This document shows, in pieces, positions 1 to 14,000 of a stretch of DNA of 64,000 bases. Below the pieces are notes generated by a model. The model saw only the letters and a program-made list of their open reading frames with translations. It was not told the DNA's origin and did no database searches. A program made the position numbers and the translations under genes. The stretch is from NCBI GenBank assembly GCA_964016885.1, contig OZ024741.1:150102001-150166000 (forward strand). Direction: 5' to 3'. The DNA is from Eledone cirrhosa. Lineage: Eukaryota. Each line of letters begins with the position of its first letter. Position 1 is the stretch's first letter.

Positions 1-149
1 TATACTGTAATACCATGAACGCCCATTATGTGGCCTTGCGCAAAGATTCCATATGTGGTTTGATCCATGTTCGCAACGTAACATCTCTGTAGACACATAC
101 AACTGGGCGCAACCTTTCACATATTGCTCACTGTATATCTCTATGTGAC

Positions 150-493
150 GTTATATGTATATTTTTAATATATTTTATATTTCTTTTATATATGTGTATA
201 TATGTATGTGTATATATATATGTATATATTTATGTATGTGTATATATATGTATATGGTTATATTGTTTATATATGTGCATGTTTCTGACAAGATGCACCC
301 TTTCATGTATGACCCATTGTGTATCTTTATATGACTCTGTGTGTATATCCTATTTGTGTATATATATATATGTATGTATCTTTGTATGTGTGCGTGGGCC
401 TGTATGTGAATGTGCGCATATTTGTAGGAGTGTATATGAGCCAGTGTGAGTGTGTGTGTATACAAGCACCCACTGTAGGGAAAGGGCTTGTTG

Positions 494-539
<46 letters not shown>

Positions 540-830
540 TTGCGAGCGAGTGTGTATCTGTGCCTGTATATATGGACACGTGTGTGTATGTGTGTGTACA
601 TGGGGGGGAGGGGAGGGGGTGTCTATGTATATATCCATATGTATATGTCTGTACGTGTTTGTGTATACGGGTATATATACGGGTATGCATGTGTGTGGGC
701 CTGTGTGTGTGTGTGTCTGTGTTGATGTATGTGGGCATGTAGGCAGGCGTCTGTGTATGCGTATGTTTATAGGTTGATATGTTCTCCTTAAATGTGTGTG
801 TATAGCTGGAGTCTATGCGTACGACTGTCG
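150..830. repeat. Degenerate (TA)n/(TG)n compound microsatellite region
   Basis: Alternating purine-pyrimidine runs; the ORFs here are YI/VC/HT low-complexity artefacts. Confidence 0.9.
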
Positions 831-924
831 TTATCTATGTGATTATGAGTGCGCGCGTGGACGTGTGAACTACCAAACCCAGCAGTAATTCATCGAAGTG
901 TGGCAGACACGGGACAGCTGATGG

Positions 925-1136
925 TCAGCCGAGCGATTCCTGTTGGTTAGAATTATGATGACGTAGACAACCAGCGGCCAATAACAGGACGCGCGAAGAG
1001 GATGAAGTTTTTGACTCTAACACCCCAGTGAAAGAATTTGCTCCGAAATTATTAGACGTGTCCGTCGAACCTGCGGATCCAGAATCAGACAGATCCACAC
1101 AATGATCGCGTCTCGAGCTGTTCGCCGGCGAAACAA
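925..1136 (-). CDS. Possible terminal coding exon of an unidentified host gene (Ser-rich)
   Basis: Non-repetitive, CpG-containing open frame (VSPANSSRRDHCVDLSDSGSAGSTD...QQESLG*) preceded on the minus strand by acceptor-like tttattgtgtgttacag; no recognisable domain. Confidence 0.22.
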
Positions 1137-1263
1137 CTGTAACACACAATAAATTGAGTTCAGATGTATCACTGATTTTTCGTTTTATATTATATCATAC
1201 TCTGCTCTGTAAGAACATAGAGTGCTCAACCGACACACCGCCTATGGAAGCATCTTAGCTACC

Positions 1264-1305
1264 ATCACACACGCACACACACGCACACACACGCACACAC
1301 ACACA

Positions 1306-1368
<63 letters not shown>

Positions 1369-1432
1369 ACACAGACACACACACACACAGACACACACAC
1401 ACACACAGACACACACACACACACACACACAC
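1264..1432. repeat. (CA)n microsatellite
   Basis: Direct reading. Confidence 0.95.
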
Positions 1433-1793
1433 ATATGTATATATATATATTGTGGGGAAAGACGTATATTTGTCATATTTACATATCAACATTCTAAAAA
1501 TAACATTTAGACAGTCTCAGTTACTCCTCTTCTCTATATATACAGATACGACTTTATCATATTCTTCGACTGCTTAACGCACGACCTAATATATATCTTA
1601 AATAACTGCTAGTCTGAATGGCTTTATTGCCCACTTATGGTTTAATTATGAACATTTACCGGCATGTATTATTTACGATTGACTAGATACCGCAATAACG
1701 CAGACGGTTATTTGAGTCTGGTATTACCCAATGATAACACTCACGATATGAAGAGAGCTAACTGTTAGATTGTAATCGCCGAGCATATTGTGC

Positions 1794-2106
1794 CTCTCCT
1801 TTGTTCTGTCCTACGCCATCTTGTTTTTGTGTGTGTCAACATGTAAAGCACACAAAAACAAGATGGCGTAGGACAGAACAAAGGAGAGTCACAAAAACAA
1901 AGCAAAGAATCCCCAGTCACTGAAGAGGTCACATAATGTGTGACGAAAGAACTTTGACAATATATGAACAACCGTCCTGTTATGGAACCAACCAAGCAAC
2001 CGGAAATTTATAAATTCTTAAATTTATAAATTTAATTTATAATAAATTGGAGTGAAAGCATCTGCTGCATGTGTTTCTTATTGGCAACATGACCCTCCCA
2101 AAGCAT

Positions 2107-2112
<6 letters not shown>
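1794..2112 (+). mobile_element. Short hammerhead-bearing repeat (Penelope pLTR/retrozyme-like) with 5' inverted duplication
   Basis: 40-bp perfect inverted repeat 1794-1833/1849-1888, then a hammerhead-like core. The 3' part recurs at ~3290-3457, inverted at ~3205-3270, and weakly at ~58850-58900. Ends in (TA)n. Confidence 0.6.
1916..1958 (+). ncRNA. Minimal type I hammerhead ribozyme (slightly irregular)
   Basis: GTCA-CTGAAGA-G-GTCACA(TAATG)TGTGAC-GAAA-GAAC-TT-TGAC; stem I GTCA/TGAC; extra G at the base of stem II. Confidence 0.5.
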
Positions 2113-2161
<49 letters not shown>

Positions 2162-2384
2162 CACCGCACACATATTCAATTTAAAAAAAAAAAAAATTGC
2201 TCCTTTAATCTTTACTTCATAATTTTTTAATTGCTTTCAATACGCACCCACAATTCAATTCTCAAAGGAGTGAAGATCTTTAGTTCTTTCACATGTAAAG
2301 CCAAATTTTATGGTATGAAATTTAGGAAAATATAAAACAATTTTCCCCCCTAAAATGCTCAAAGCACAATCTGAAGTAATATAT

Positions 2385-2409
2385 CTAACTATCTATCTAT
2401 CTATCTATG

Positions 2410-2484
<75 letters not shown>
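2385..2484. repeat. (ATCT)n / GATA microsatellite
   Basis: Direct reading; no LINE inserted in this tract. Confidence 0.95.
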
Positions 2485-3090
2485 ATATTTATCCATCTAT
2501 CTATCTATCATTCATTCATTCTATCTTTCTTTCGTTTTCCTTCATATTTTTTCATTCTCACATATATCTCTGTTCTTCATTCTTTCACAATTTCCGTCAC
2601 AAATAATGTTGTCATTATTTTTCCTTCGTCATTTTTCATCTATTTCATCTTATCTCCACACCTCACCTCCACCAACAGGAACACCACCAACCTCCTCCGC
2701 CCTCGCTGTTCCATCATTAATATTCTTTCAAATTCAATATCCTTCGTTCTTTCATTCCTTCCTTTGTTCAACGAAATCTCAATAAAATGTCAGAGAAAAA
2801 AAAAAAAGATTTTGATAAAACTAGATGAGCTGTGAGAAATTCAGATAACATTGAGCGTATATGCTACCACCAACACATTCACACAACCACTAACGCACAC
2901 ACAAGCACACGTATGCATGTATGTATGCATATAAGTTTGTATACACACACATACACACACACAACTGATATATATATATATATATGAATATATATGCATG
3001 TGCATATGCATACATACATATGTATGCATGTTTGTTTGTAAGTGTATATGCATGTATGTATATATGTATTTAGGTATGTAAGCATATATG

Positions 3091-3125
<35 letters not shown>

Positions 3126-3829
3126 GTATATATATATATATATATATATATCGTTTCTGAATTTGTTTAGCAAGATTCTTTATCTGAAAACGTGTGTTGA
3201 AACCGATATTGTTATGCTTTGGGAGGGTCATGTTGCTTTCACTCCAATTTATTATAAATTAAATTTATAAATATAAGTGTGTGGCGGGGGAACTTTGACA
3301 ATGTATGAACAACCGTCCGGTTATGGAACCAACCAACCAACCAACCGGAAATTTATAAATTCTTAAATTTATAATTTTAATTTACAATAAATTGGAGTGA
3401 AAGCAACTGGTGCGTGTGTTTCTTATTGGCAACATAACCCTCCCAAAGCATAACAATATATATATATAATATAAGTTCAAAAGATGGTTAAAAGAGTTCC
3501 AAGTATTTTATTATGCGCATTTCAAAAACAAATATCATCATGGGATGATATCTGCGTTTTCATAAGATAAAATAGGAATACATGATATGAAGCTTAAAAA
3601 ACACTTGTGAATAGTGAAGTTTTAAATCAACATATTGTGCTACAATAAAACTCACCTCCTACACACACACACATATATATATATATACAGGAAAGTAGTA
3701 CGGCATAATCGGATCTCTGGTTGCGGGTAAGCTAACGAATGCTGTCGGGAAGTGCAGCCAAAAGCACTCAATAAGGAATTTTACCTTAGAGTTATAACAT
3801 TACGTTTAGACAACTATGCAAATTGAAGC

Positions 3830-5025
<1,196 letters not shown>

Positions 5026-5396
5026 AGTTTACATATATATATACATACATATACATATAAGTGTTATGCAACCGGTCACTTTGTGGCTCAATGAAAAATT
5101 AATAAATTAAACAATCAGAGCTATATATCATAAAACATGTCTATAGAATCACACGATAAAATATATACTATTTCCTCTCCCAATTAGCATAATTAACTAT
5201 ATAAAAAATCGAATAGACCAGGCTATAAGAATGAGGCTTCTATGAAGGAATCTCCGACAAATAACCGAAACTAGCGCTTCGCGTCGGCCGTAGCGGAATA
5301 TTTATCGAATATTTCGACAGCGTAATCGCCTAGATATAGTCAACTAAACAGAATTAGGTTTAAAATAAACTAGGAGAAAATAGAATACATTTAAAT

Positions 5397-5484
5397 ACCT
5401 CTACCATGGTTTCGTCCGTGTTTTGAGTTTTCCAATAATTATGTAATAATTATGTAAACTCGAGCGCCGGATTCTTCAGGAAGC
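5397..5484 (-). ncRNA. Minimal type I hammerhead ribozyme with long stem II, upstream of the Penelope element in inverted orientation
   Basis: Minus strand: GCTTC-CTGAAGA-A-TCCG...CGGA-C-GAAA-CCATGG-TA-GAGGT; palindromic CCATGG stem III. Confidence 0.75.
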
Positions 5485-5502
5485 TCGCTCTTATCTAGAC
5501 AC

Positions 5503-8312
5503 TAAATTTTCGAGATAATATCTTTACTTCCCTCTGAAGAAGAGATATTATCTCGAAAATTTAGGACATTTAAATAAATCTAAAGTAAATATTTTTGCAT
5601 TTGCATTCTTTATTCTATGTCCATACCTGCATTGTTTTGGCTTTATTATACATATACAAACGTTTATACCTCATTACACAGTGTTTCAAGTGAACTATAA
5701 CCTCCTCCTTTCCTTACGCCTGAGCCAGGCCCAGTTCACAACTGTAAAGAAACTCTTCCAGCAATCTGAAAAGCGCGCCAAAGCCGGCTGCCAAATAAAC
5801 TTCCTAAAACGATGCCTGAATAACAACATCATCCCCAAAACTATCAAAAATTTGCACCTACTAACATGCTTCAAATCACCAGGCCTCAAACGATCACTTA
5901 GTTACATACAAAAATTCTGCCTAAGAAAACTCATACAACACCTACACCGCACGCTACAACAACACATACGGACTATTTCCAGCCTTGTACCACAACTCGC
6001 TGAAACCCCATAACCTCTGTCCAGAGTCATCTCCGCCGCTATAGACAGGTCATACCACCATCGCCGAGACTACGAGAAAATACGTCTAACGCAAAAATTT
6101 CTCAAACTCAGGACGGCCAACTGTCTTAACAACATCCCAACTCTAAACACCAACAGAGGCGACAAGACGGCACCAACACCGAACCTAGCGGCGCCCCGAC
6201 CAACAACACACCTGACGCAAAACACCTCGTCACAGACTTGACAGGATCCCTCTCCCGAGAGGAATTAGACCTCCTCAGCCTGGGTCCCAAGTTCATATTG
6301 AAACAGGGACTGGACGACAAATTATGGCTCGACATAGAAACGAATTTCTGTCGGGCTGCCTACCAACTAAAATGGATATCGACTCTCGGCAACAACACCA
6401 CGGAACCTAACAAACCCAGATTCCCGATATACCAACTGGATCGCCCACTCTGTTCACCGCCTGCCAACCGCGAGCTTGAAGAAAAACTCTCGAGGCTAAA
6501 ACATTCCGTATTTAACATCTTACGGAAACAGAAGAAGATAGCCCCAAACCTCTCCAGGACACAACAACTCGCCCTGAAGAACCTACGGAATAGGGAACTA
6601 ATATACTTACCATCCGACAAAGGTAAAGAGTTTTGCGTCATCTCTCAAGCCACATACAACAACCTAGCGTTTGAGCACCTAAGCGACAATGAATTATACA
6701 TAGAGATCCCGGACATGACTGCAGCCCAGATCGAAAAACAGACCAACTCCATCTGGTTCGATATCTGTAGGAGAAGACAACTCCCAAATAAAGTTAAGCT
6801 CAACTACACCACTAGAAATAGCAGACTGCCCACTTTCTACCACCTCATCAAGACCCACAAGAATAGTACTAAGACGCAAATAAGACCCATCGTCTCTAGC
6901 ATAGAAGGACCCCTATACAAAATTTCCTGGCTCCTCTCCCAGGTCCTCAAGCCTCTACTCTCCACCTTTCCCGGGCATGTCAGTAGCTCCGACGAAGTTA
7001 TACGTAGACTACACCAACTCCAGCCAGAACAACTTAAACTAAATAGATACGCCTTTAGCCTCGACGTTGTCTCCCTCTACACTACAGTCCCCGCTCATCC
7101 AGCTGTCGATTTATTGACGGACTGCGTGGTCGCAGAGGACATCCACTGCTACGGCCTCCACCCGACGGACATACACCAGCTTTTGTCCTTCACAGTAGAC
7201 AACACGTACTTCACCTTCCACCACCAAACATACAGACAGACAACAGGATTACCCATGGGATCCAGCCTATCGGGCCTGCTGGCCATCACCTACATGAACC
7301 AGCTAGAATGCCGAGCCCTCAACACCTGCCATTCCCATACCTTCTTCATCCGATATGTAGATGACATACTCATCCTCACATCATCCCGTGAGGAGGCAGA
7401 TAAAATATACACAACATTCTCTAGCATGGACGCCAGTATAAAGTTCAGCATGGAACACCCCGATGACCGCGGATCCCTATCCCTACTGGACTTCCAACTC
7501 AGGGTAACAGAGGAAGGCAACATCCATACCTGCTTCTATAAAAAAGCCGCCAGCAGGGACCTGTTCGTACATTTCAGATCGGCCCTCCCACTCGGTGCCA
7601 AGTTCGGATACATAAGGAACGAACTGGCACGTATCCGGAACAAATGCACCGACGCTAGAGACCGAGACACACACACCACACATTTCCTGGAAGTACTCAA
7701 ACTGAACGGATACACGACATCCACCACAAACCGTGCCAGAAAGAACAGAGGACACCACATCCGAGGCACTAACACTTGCTTCCTGGAGCTCCCCCACTTC
7801 AGTGAAGAAACAACAACAGCCATCCGCAGAGCTATCAGACGAGAGGGACTAGATATCCAACTGGCCCACTCAGGTCCTTCTCTACGTGGTCAGCTAACCA
7901 AAAGACACTCCACCAGACATGACAACTGCTGCAGACTAGCCAACTGCCCCATCAATGACACAGACCTATGCCACCAGGCTTACGTTGTATACAGACTAGA
8001 GTGTGACAAATGCAACAACTTCTACGTAGGTAGCACCACAGAAACCACTCCACATAAGAATAAAAGAACACCTAAATACTAACGCTTCCTCATTTAAGAA
8101 ACACCTAGTTAAATGCAAAAACACCGACAAAACCATAACAGTTAGGATAGAAACTAAGGAAAGAAACCTCGGCAATCTTAGAATTAAGGAAGCACTAATT
8201 GTAGACAAAACACAACCACCAATCAATAATAGACTAGAACTCAACACCCAATTTATAACTTGATAGAGCTTCTAGCCCCATATTTACACCCCCCACACAC
8301 ACGCACATACAC

Positions 8313-8349
<37 letters not shown>

Positions 8350-8830
8350 TACACCTCCACTTATTCATCTCACACATACACACACAAAACCAGTTGTAAC
8401 ACGAGATAACATCTATCCCCCACATTTACGTATAGACATATCTTCTCACACTCACACACACACTCACATACTTACACCTTCATGCATTCTCCCACACACT
8501 TAAACAGGCATGTATAAAAAAACAAAAAAACAACAAAAACAAACCCCTCTTAAAGGGAGACTACTCTTTATCCACCTAATCTTAACTCTTTGACATTAGA
8601 GATAGAACAGATACTCTATACCATTTCCTGTCAGCATGACTTGGCAAGCTATTTAGAACACTGGTTTGACAGCTTTACTTCCCTCCGAAGAAGAGATATT
8701 ATCTCGAAAATTAAGGACATTTAAATAAATCTAAGGTAAAAGACTAATTGTCAACAATATCTTTTGCATTTGCATTCTTTATTCTATGTCCATACCTGCA
8801 TTGTTTTGGCTTTATTATACATATAAAAAC

Positions 8831-8836
<6 letters not shown>
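5503..8836 (+). mobile_element. Penelope-like retroelement, near full length, with pseudo-LTR direct repeats
   Basis: pLTR at ~5522-5668 repeated at ~8673-8836, each with a hammerhead-like CTGAAGA/CCGAAGA-A-GAGA(TATTA)TCTC-GAAA core. Short inverted copy at 5503-5523. RT + GIY-YIG ORF between the repeats; (TA)n at the 3' end. Confidence 0.92.
5681..8263 (+). pseudogene. Penelope RT-GIY-YIG polyprotein, disrupted (stop at 6011, frameshifts near 6130 and 8045)
   Basis: SDKG, KTHK, RPIVS, SLDVVSLYT, GLPMGSSLS, RYVDD, LDF; endonuclease VVYRLECDKCNNFYVGST, continuing in another frame as HIRIKEH...IKEALIV...PPINNR. Confidence 0.92.
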
Positions 8837-8894
<58 letters not shown>

Positions 8895-9198
8895 TATATA
8901 TAATATAATATATATATATATGCATCTGTGTGTGTGTATGCATATGCATATATATTCGTATATTCACTAGTCAGAATACATAACAAGAATAAACCCCCAC
9001 ACATATATGCACGCACAAATCTAATTAATAATGTGCAGACCATATTTAATTTTTTTATGCATACACGAAAACACACACAGACACACTAATTCAGACATAC
9101 ACATATGTATGTATACGCCTACATCCGTATACGGACAAAAAATTACGTCACAACGCACAAAAATATCTTATATATTTTAATCTCTGTATCGAGTGAAT

Positions 9199-9250
9199 AA
9201 ACGTTGCTGATGATGGATAAAATATCCTGAAACACTAGTGTCCGACGTTT
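9199..9250 (+). ncRNA. Type I hammerhead ribozyme
   Basis: AAACGTTG-CTGATGA-T-GGATA(AAA)TATCC-T-GAAA-CACTAGTG-TC-CGACGTTT; 8-bp stem I, palindromic stem III, GUC site. Confidence 0.9.
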
Positions 9251-9667
9251 TCACATTGATATTGAGACAGCTGTGACATGATCACTGCTTAAAACATCCA
9301 TACCGTGACTTATATATGTTTATTATATATAAATATATTTTTCAGTACTACTATGAATCTTGGTATGTTTGTGGTACACATACACACACGCATGCGCACA
9401 TGCACACATATGCACACACACGCACACACACACACACGCACACGCACACACACACACGCACACATAAACGCACACCGCCCTATTTCCCCACACATAAACT
9501 CCCACTTATATATCAAGCCATCCAGTCATGGGTCTTTAACTTCTTTTGGAGCCGCAGGGAAGCCGTCGTGTCCTGGCCATTTACACCTGGTAGAACCATC
9601 CCTCTTCAAGCCAGAACAAAGCCGATTTATATCAAAGAAAATGAGAGAAAGAGAGAAAGAGAAAGAG

Positions 9668-9713
<46 letters not shown>

Positions 9714-9719
<6 letters not shown>

Positions 9720-10159
9720 AAAAAGAGATGAAATCGAAAATGCAACTGAAGTCTTATTTTTTTTAAAAATATATATATTTATTTGGTTCCTTTAGTTGGT
9801 TCCGAAGCATGGCCTGACCGGGAACTGGGACCTTCGAAATGTGAAAGGTAGGTCTGCTCCTGATGGGAAAAGATGCATCCTCGGTATGAGCACAACTTTG
9901 AACCGACCGCACCCTGTGATTATCGTGGCCTCAATCAGAGTTGAGATGGAGGGTCTGTGGTTTAACCACAGACCCTCCATCTCAACTCACCTTTTGAAAA
10001 GCAGAAGAACTGCGAAACCGGTAAAGGAACCAAATAAATATATATATTTAAAAAAAAAATAAGACTTCAGTTGCATTTTCGATTTCATCTCTTTTTCTTT
10101 ATACTTCCACTCGTGTAGGACACCTCGGTTATTTTTCATTTTGTAAAAAAAAACCTCAC

Positions 10160-10166
<7 letters not shown>
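9714..10166. mobile_element. Palindromic hammerhead-like repeat module carrying a 137-bp Helitron helicase insert
   Basis: Near-identical inverted copy of 20330-20688; 9803-9939 matches 11189-11325. Confidence 0.75.
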
Positions 10167-10190
<24 letters not shown>

Positions 10191-11012
10191 CACTAGCATT
10201 AAAGCCCGGCGTTGCTCGGGGTCAGTAAGTTACCAAAGTTAGGTTTCACCACCCATTTTATGGCAGCACTTTTTCGTCTGCCAGGCACTGGTTGAATGAA
10301 TTGCAAACCTGCACTGCCGAAGTAGGAGCTGCGCCAGCAGTGACAATTGTAGTTTCGCCTATTGATATTATCTCTGTGCAAAGAAGTGTTCAAATTTATT
10401 GTTTCACAGTACTTGCGCAACACGCGCGTAGACGATGCCAGCCGAACAACAGAGCTGCGATGGAGTTGTTCTGCATGACATGTTTTAACGGGGGAGGGGG
10501 TGGACTGAGGGAACCGCAAACAAGGGCCTGAAAACATTGTCGAATTATGACAACCAAAAAAGAGGAAGAGGCGTCATTGCATGGTTGGTGCATCATGTCC
10601 GTCGGACGTAGAAGATGAGCCTGCTGCTGTGCCGACGGAGGGAGGGAAATAGAGCTGAGCTGAGGCCAGGTGTTGGTGAAGTGTGAAGTAATTGCAGAGA
10701 ACCGCCTAAAAATGTAAATCCCGTCATTAAAGTATTGTTCACCATTTGAGAGTCGTACGGAGGTGAAATACTAAGATGTCCACGATCCTCCGAGGCCCAC
10801 CAAATGGGGGTTGGTGAGGAGCAATAGCTGATATTTGAGTAGGGTCGGAGTTGCAATGAAGCTTTGTAACGCCGCGAGAATCAGTCTTTGTACGGCAGAT
10901 GGTGGGTAGTGTCCAGTGCACTGCAGTGAAGGTTAACCTACTTAGAAAGTACTCACGAAAAGGTAAAAAATAAAAAAAATAAAAAGTTATAAAATTAGGA
11001 ATCGAGGTAATC

Positions 11013-14000
11013 CTATAAAACCTCCTTGTATACAATGTTTTTTGTCTTTCCTTGCGGAACGAACGTGAAATCATCACTCTTGCTGCCGACACACGAGCAG
11101 CCAACGAAAAGCTGACCATGAGACGGCTCCCCCAAATGTATTCCCGCGATTGACAGTGTTTGCCCCAGCGCTTTGTTAATTGACATTGCGAAGCATGGCC
11201 TGACCGGGAACTGGGACCTTCGAAATGTGAAAGGTAGGTCTGCTCCTGATGGGAAAAGATGCATCCTCGGTATGAGCACAACTTTGAACCGACCGCACCC
11301 TGTGATTATCGTGGCCTCAATCAGATTGGGAGCTAAGGACTTAACGACGAAACGTGTGTCATTGCATTGTTTCGGCGGAACCAAATTTCGAATGAGCATT
11401 ATAGGGGCACCAACTTTAAGTTTCAAAATGTGTGGGGGTAATCCGGGGGGCTCAAAGGAATTTAGTACCTCTATTGGATAGTTGATGACGTCCTCGGGGT
11501 CAGGAGTTCTATCGATAAACTTATATACGTAGCCATCCCCAGGAATGAGTTTTAGCATTTGATCATTAATATGGTTAACAGTTTTATTCCTCGGGGCCAG
11601 AATAGCCCTTTGGGCAAGCCAATCCATATTCTGATAATTTGCTTGGAGATCTGGGAACACTGCATCCCTGAGATCAGAAGGCGTACTAACAACGGTACAA
11701 AGTGAGTCGATGGCAATATTACCCTTTTCATCCCCGGGCGTGTTGCCTTCGCCAAGTGCAAGGAGGGTGTGAGAAAATGCTGCTGATGCGATATCACCTC
11801 GCATATGAGCACGCATGTTAGTGTGAAGTTTCAGAGTCTTCACCAGGGGCCACAATGCGGATGACTTAAGACACGCACGTACTGCATCAGCTCTAGTCCC
11901 TTTGGGAATAACGGGAAGCGTTTGCCTGAAGTCCCCTGAAAGAAGAAGTGTTATGCCTCCCATGGGAGCCGTAGAGTCTTTGATGTCTCTCAGAGTTCTA
12001 TCTAACGCCTCAAGAGCACCTCTGTGGGCCATCGTGCATTCGTCCCAAACGATAAGCTTGCATCGTCTGAACACTTCTGCCTGATCGGAGCTCTTACTGA
12101 TGTTGCAAGTGGGTGTCTCAGTCTTCTCTAAGTCAAGCGGGAACTTGAAATAGGAGTGAGCTGTCCTGCCGCCCGGCAACAAAGTAGCCGCAATTCCAGA
12201 TGATGCCACAGCTAAGGCAATGCCTTCTGTTCGCCTAATCTCAGCTAATATTAATTTGGTGACAAGAGTTTTCCCAGTCCCCCAGCTTTGCCCCGGACAG
12301 AATTAACAACGGAGTTGTAAGCGAATTTCTGTTGTGGAAGGAGCTTTGGCTCATTCTCCGCTATGTACTGGGCAAGCTCGTCAACATTATAAGATGTCTC
12401 ACGCAGCAAATCCGAAGACAGAGTGTTTGCGCCTTCCCGGTTTGTTGAAGGTAGGCCATACACCGCCAACGCACTACCGGAAAGTATCACATAATTCACC
12501 GTCAACAGTTCTTATGTCTCGAAAGCTTTGTGGGCCAAAAACCTTATGGAGGAGAAGGCGCAGGTGAAAACACTCATGCTGGTTGGGAGGTGTAGTGTAC
12601 ACTCTTCCTAGACAACTGTCAAACTTGACACCAGGATGTCCTTCAACATCCTGACCTGACTTCCTACGCACCCAAGTGTTGTTTGACCACACGTAGTAGG
12701 ACGGGACCTGAGGATATGAAAGTGTTTTTGCAAATGTGTCAAGTTGGCAAAGCGTAAAAAAAACAGTCAAAGTTGTTTCTTTTGGATTGGCCGCCAAATG
12801 AGCAGCAGTCTGTTCAGTAAAGTAAGCCCGCTGGCCGTTTTCCAAATGAATCGCTAGTTGTATGATGGCGGGGTGCCTTTGGTGAAGTGGAAACCCGAAT
12901 ATCCGCCAAAAAGCTTCACCACTGCTGATATATCGACCTGCCAAGTACTCCGAGACCTCGTCCCTGCTATTGTCGTTTTGAAGGCCGAATATGGCAGCGT
13001 CGGAACCCTTGTTAACATATTTACATATGTACTTTATCGATTTCACTGAATGACAGAACTCCACATTTATATGAGCGTTGAAAGTTTTCATCAGAAATGG
13101 ACAGTACGGGACCACCCACCTATTATCAACTTGATGACCCCGTAACGTCATAGTGAATCCACCGTTCTCAGGCCGCCTTCGTCTGTACAATGGGTATCCG
13201 TCGCCGCCGGTCTAGGTCTCCTCAACAAACCTCTTTGGGTATCGTTTAGTGCACACATGGTCCTTGTGGCATGAGGAGAACTCTTGAAAACCGGGACCGC
13301 ACGGACCGTGCACCATATGTGTTCACAATGTCGTACAGCTGCCGGTCAACAACGGGGTCCGGTATTTCCGCTGCGATGACGTCATCTAGAACTGTAGGGT
13401 CTATTTTGGTGACCAACCAAACCAAAATGTGCGCGTGTGGCAACCCTCTCTTCTGCCACTCAACAGTATACATTTGGCACCTAACAGGCCCGAAAACCTT
13501 CCCTTTTTTTATTAGATCAATTAGCTTAGCCAGCTTCTGCCTGAAAACCCTGGCAATAATATCATGCTGATGGCAGTACTGCTGCCCTGGGATAAGTTCC
13601 CGCGTAACCTCAACCCACTTGGGGTTACACGTAAACGTGATGAATAAATCGGGGCGCCCATAATGCCGAACGAACGTCATAGCGTCCTGTGTTCGCTCGT
13701 GCATGTACCGCGGCCCCCCGTATAGGTTGAGGGGAGAATGCACATTTTGCCGATGTTCCGGGGGTCAGTGTCATTCCTGATGCCGTCACGCAAATGGATG
13801 TAGGAGTCTGAGCGCAGCTGCTTCTGATTCAATTTTATGAAGCACAGTCTCTCCGACTCCATCTTTGCAGCCATGTCAACTGCAAACTGGTGAAACAGTT
13901 CCCGTGACCTGTGCAGGGTGCTGAAATCGTTAGGCCTCGTTATGAAGCGGTATGAGTATAAAGCCATACATGAAACAGTTTTAGATGTCGCAGCAGTGGG

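Noticed and set aside
9792-9980. Separate small helicase gene
   Set aside because: Only a 137-bp copy of the adjacent Helitron sequence
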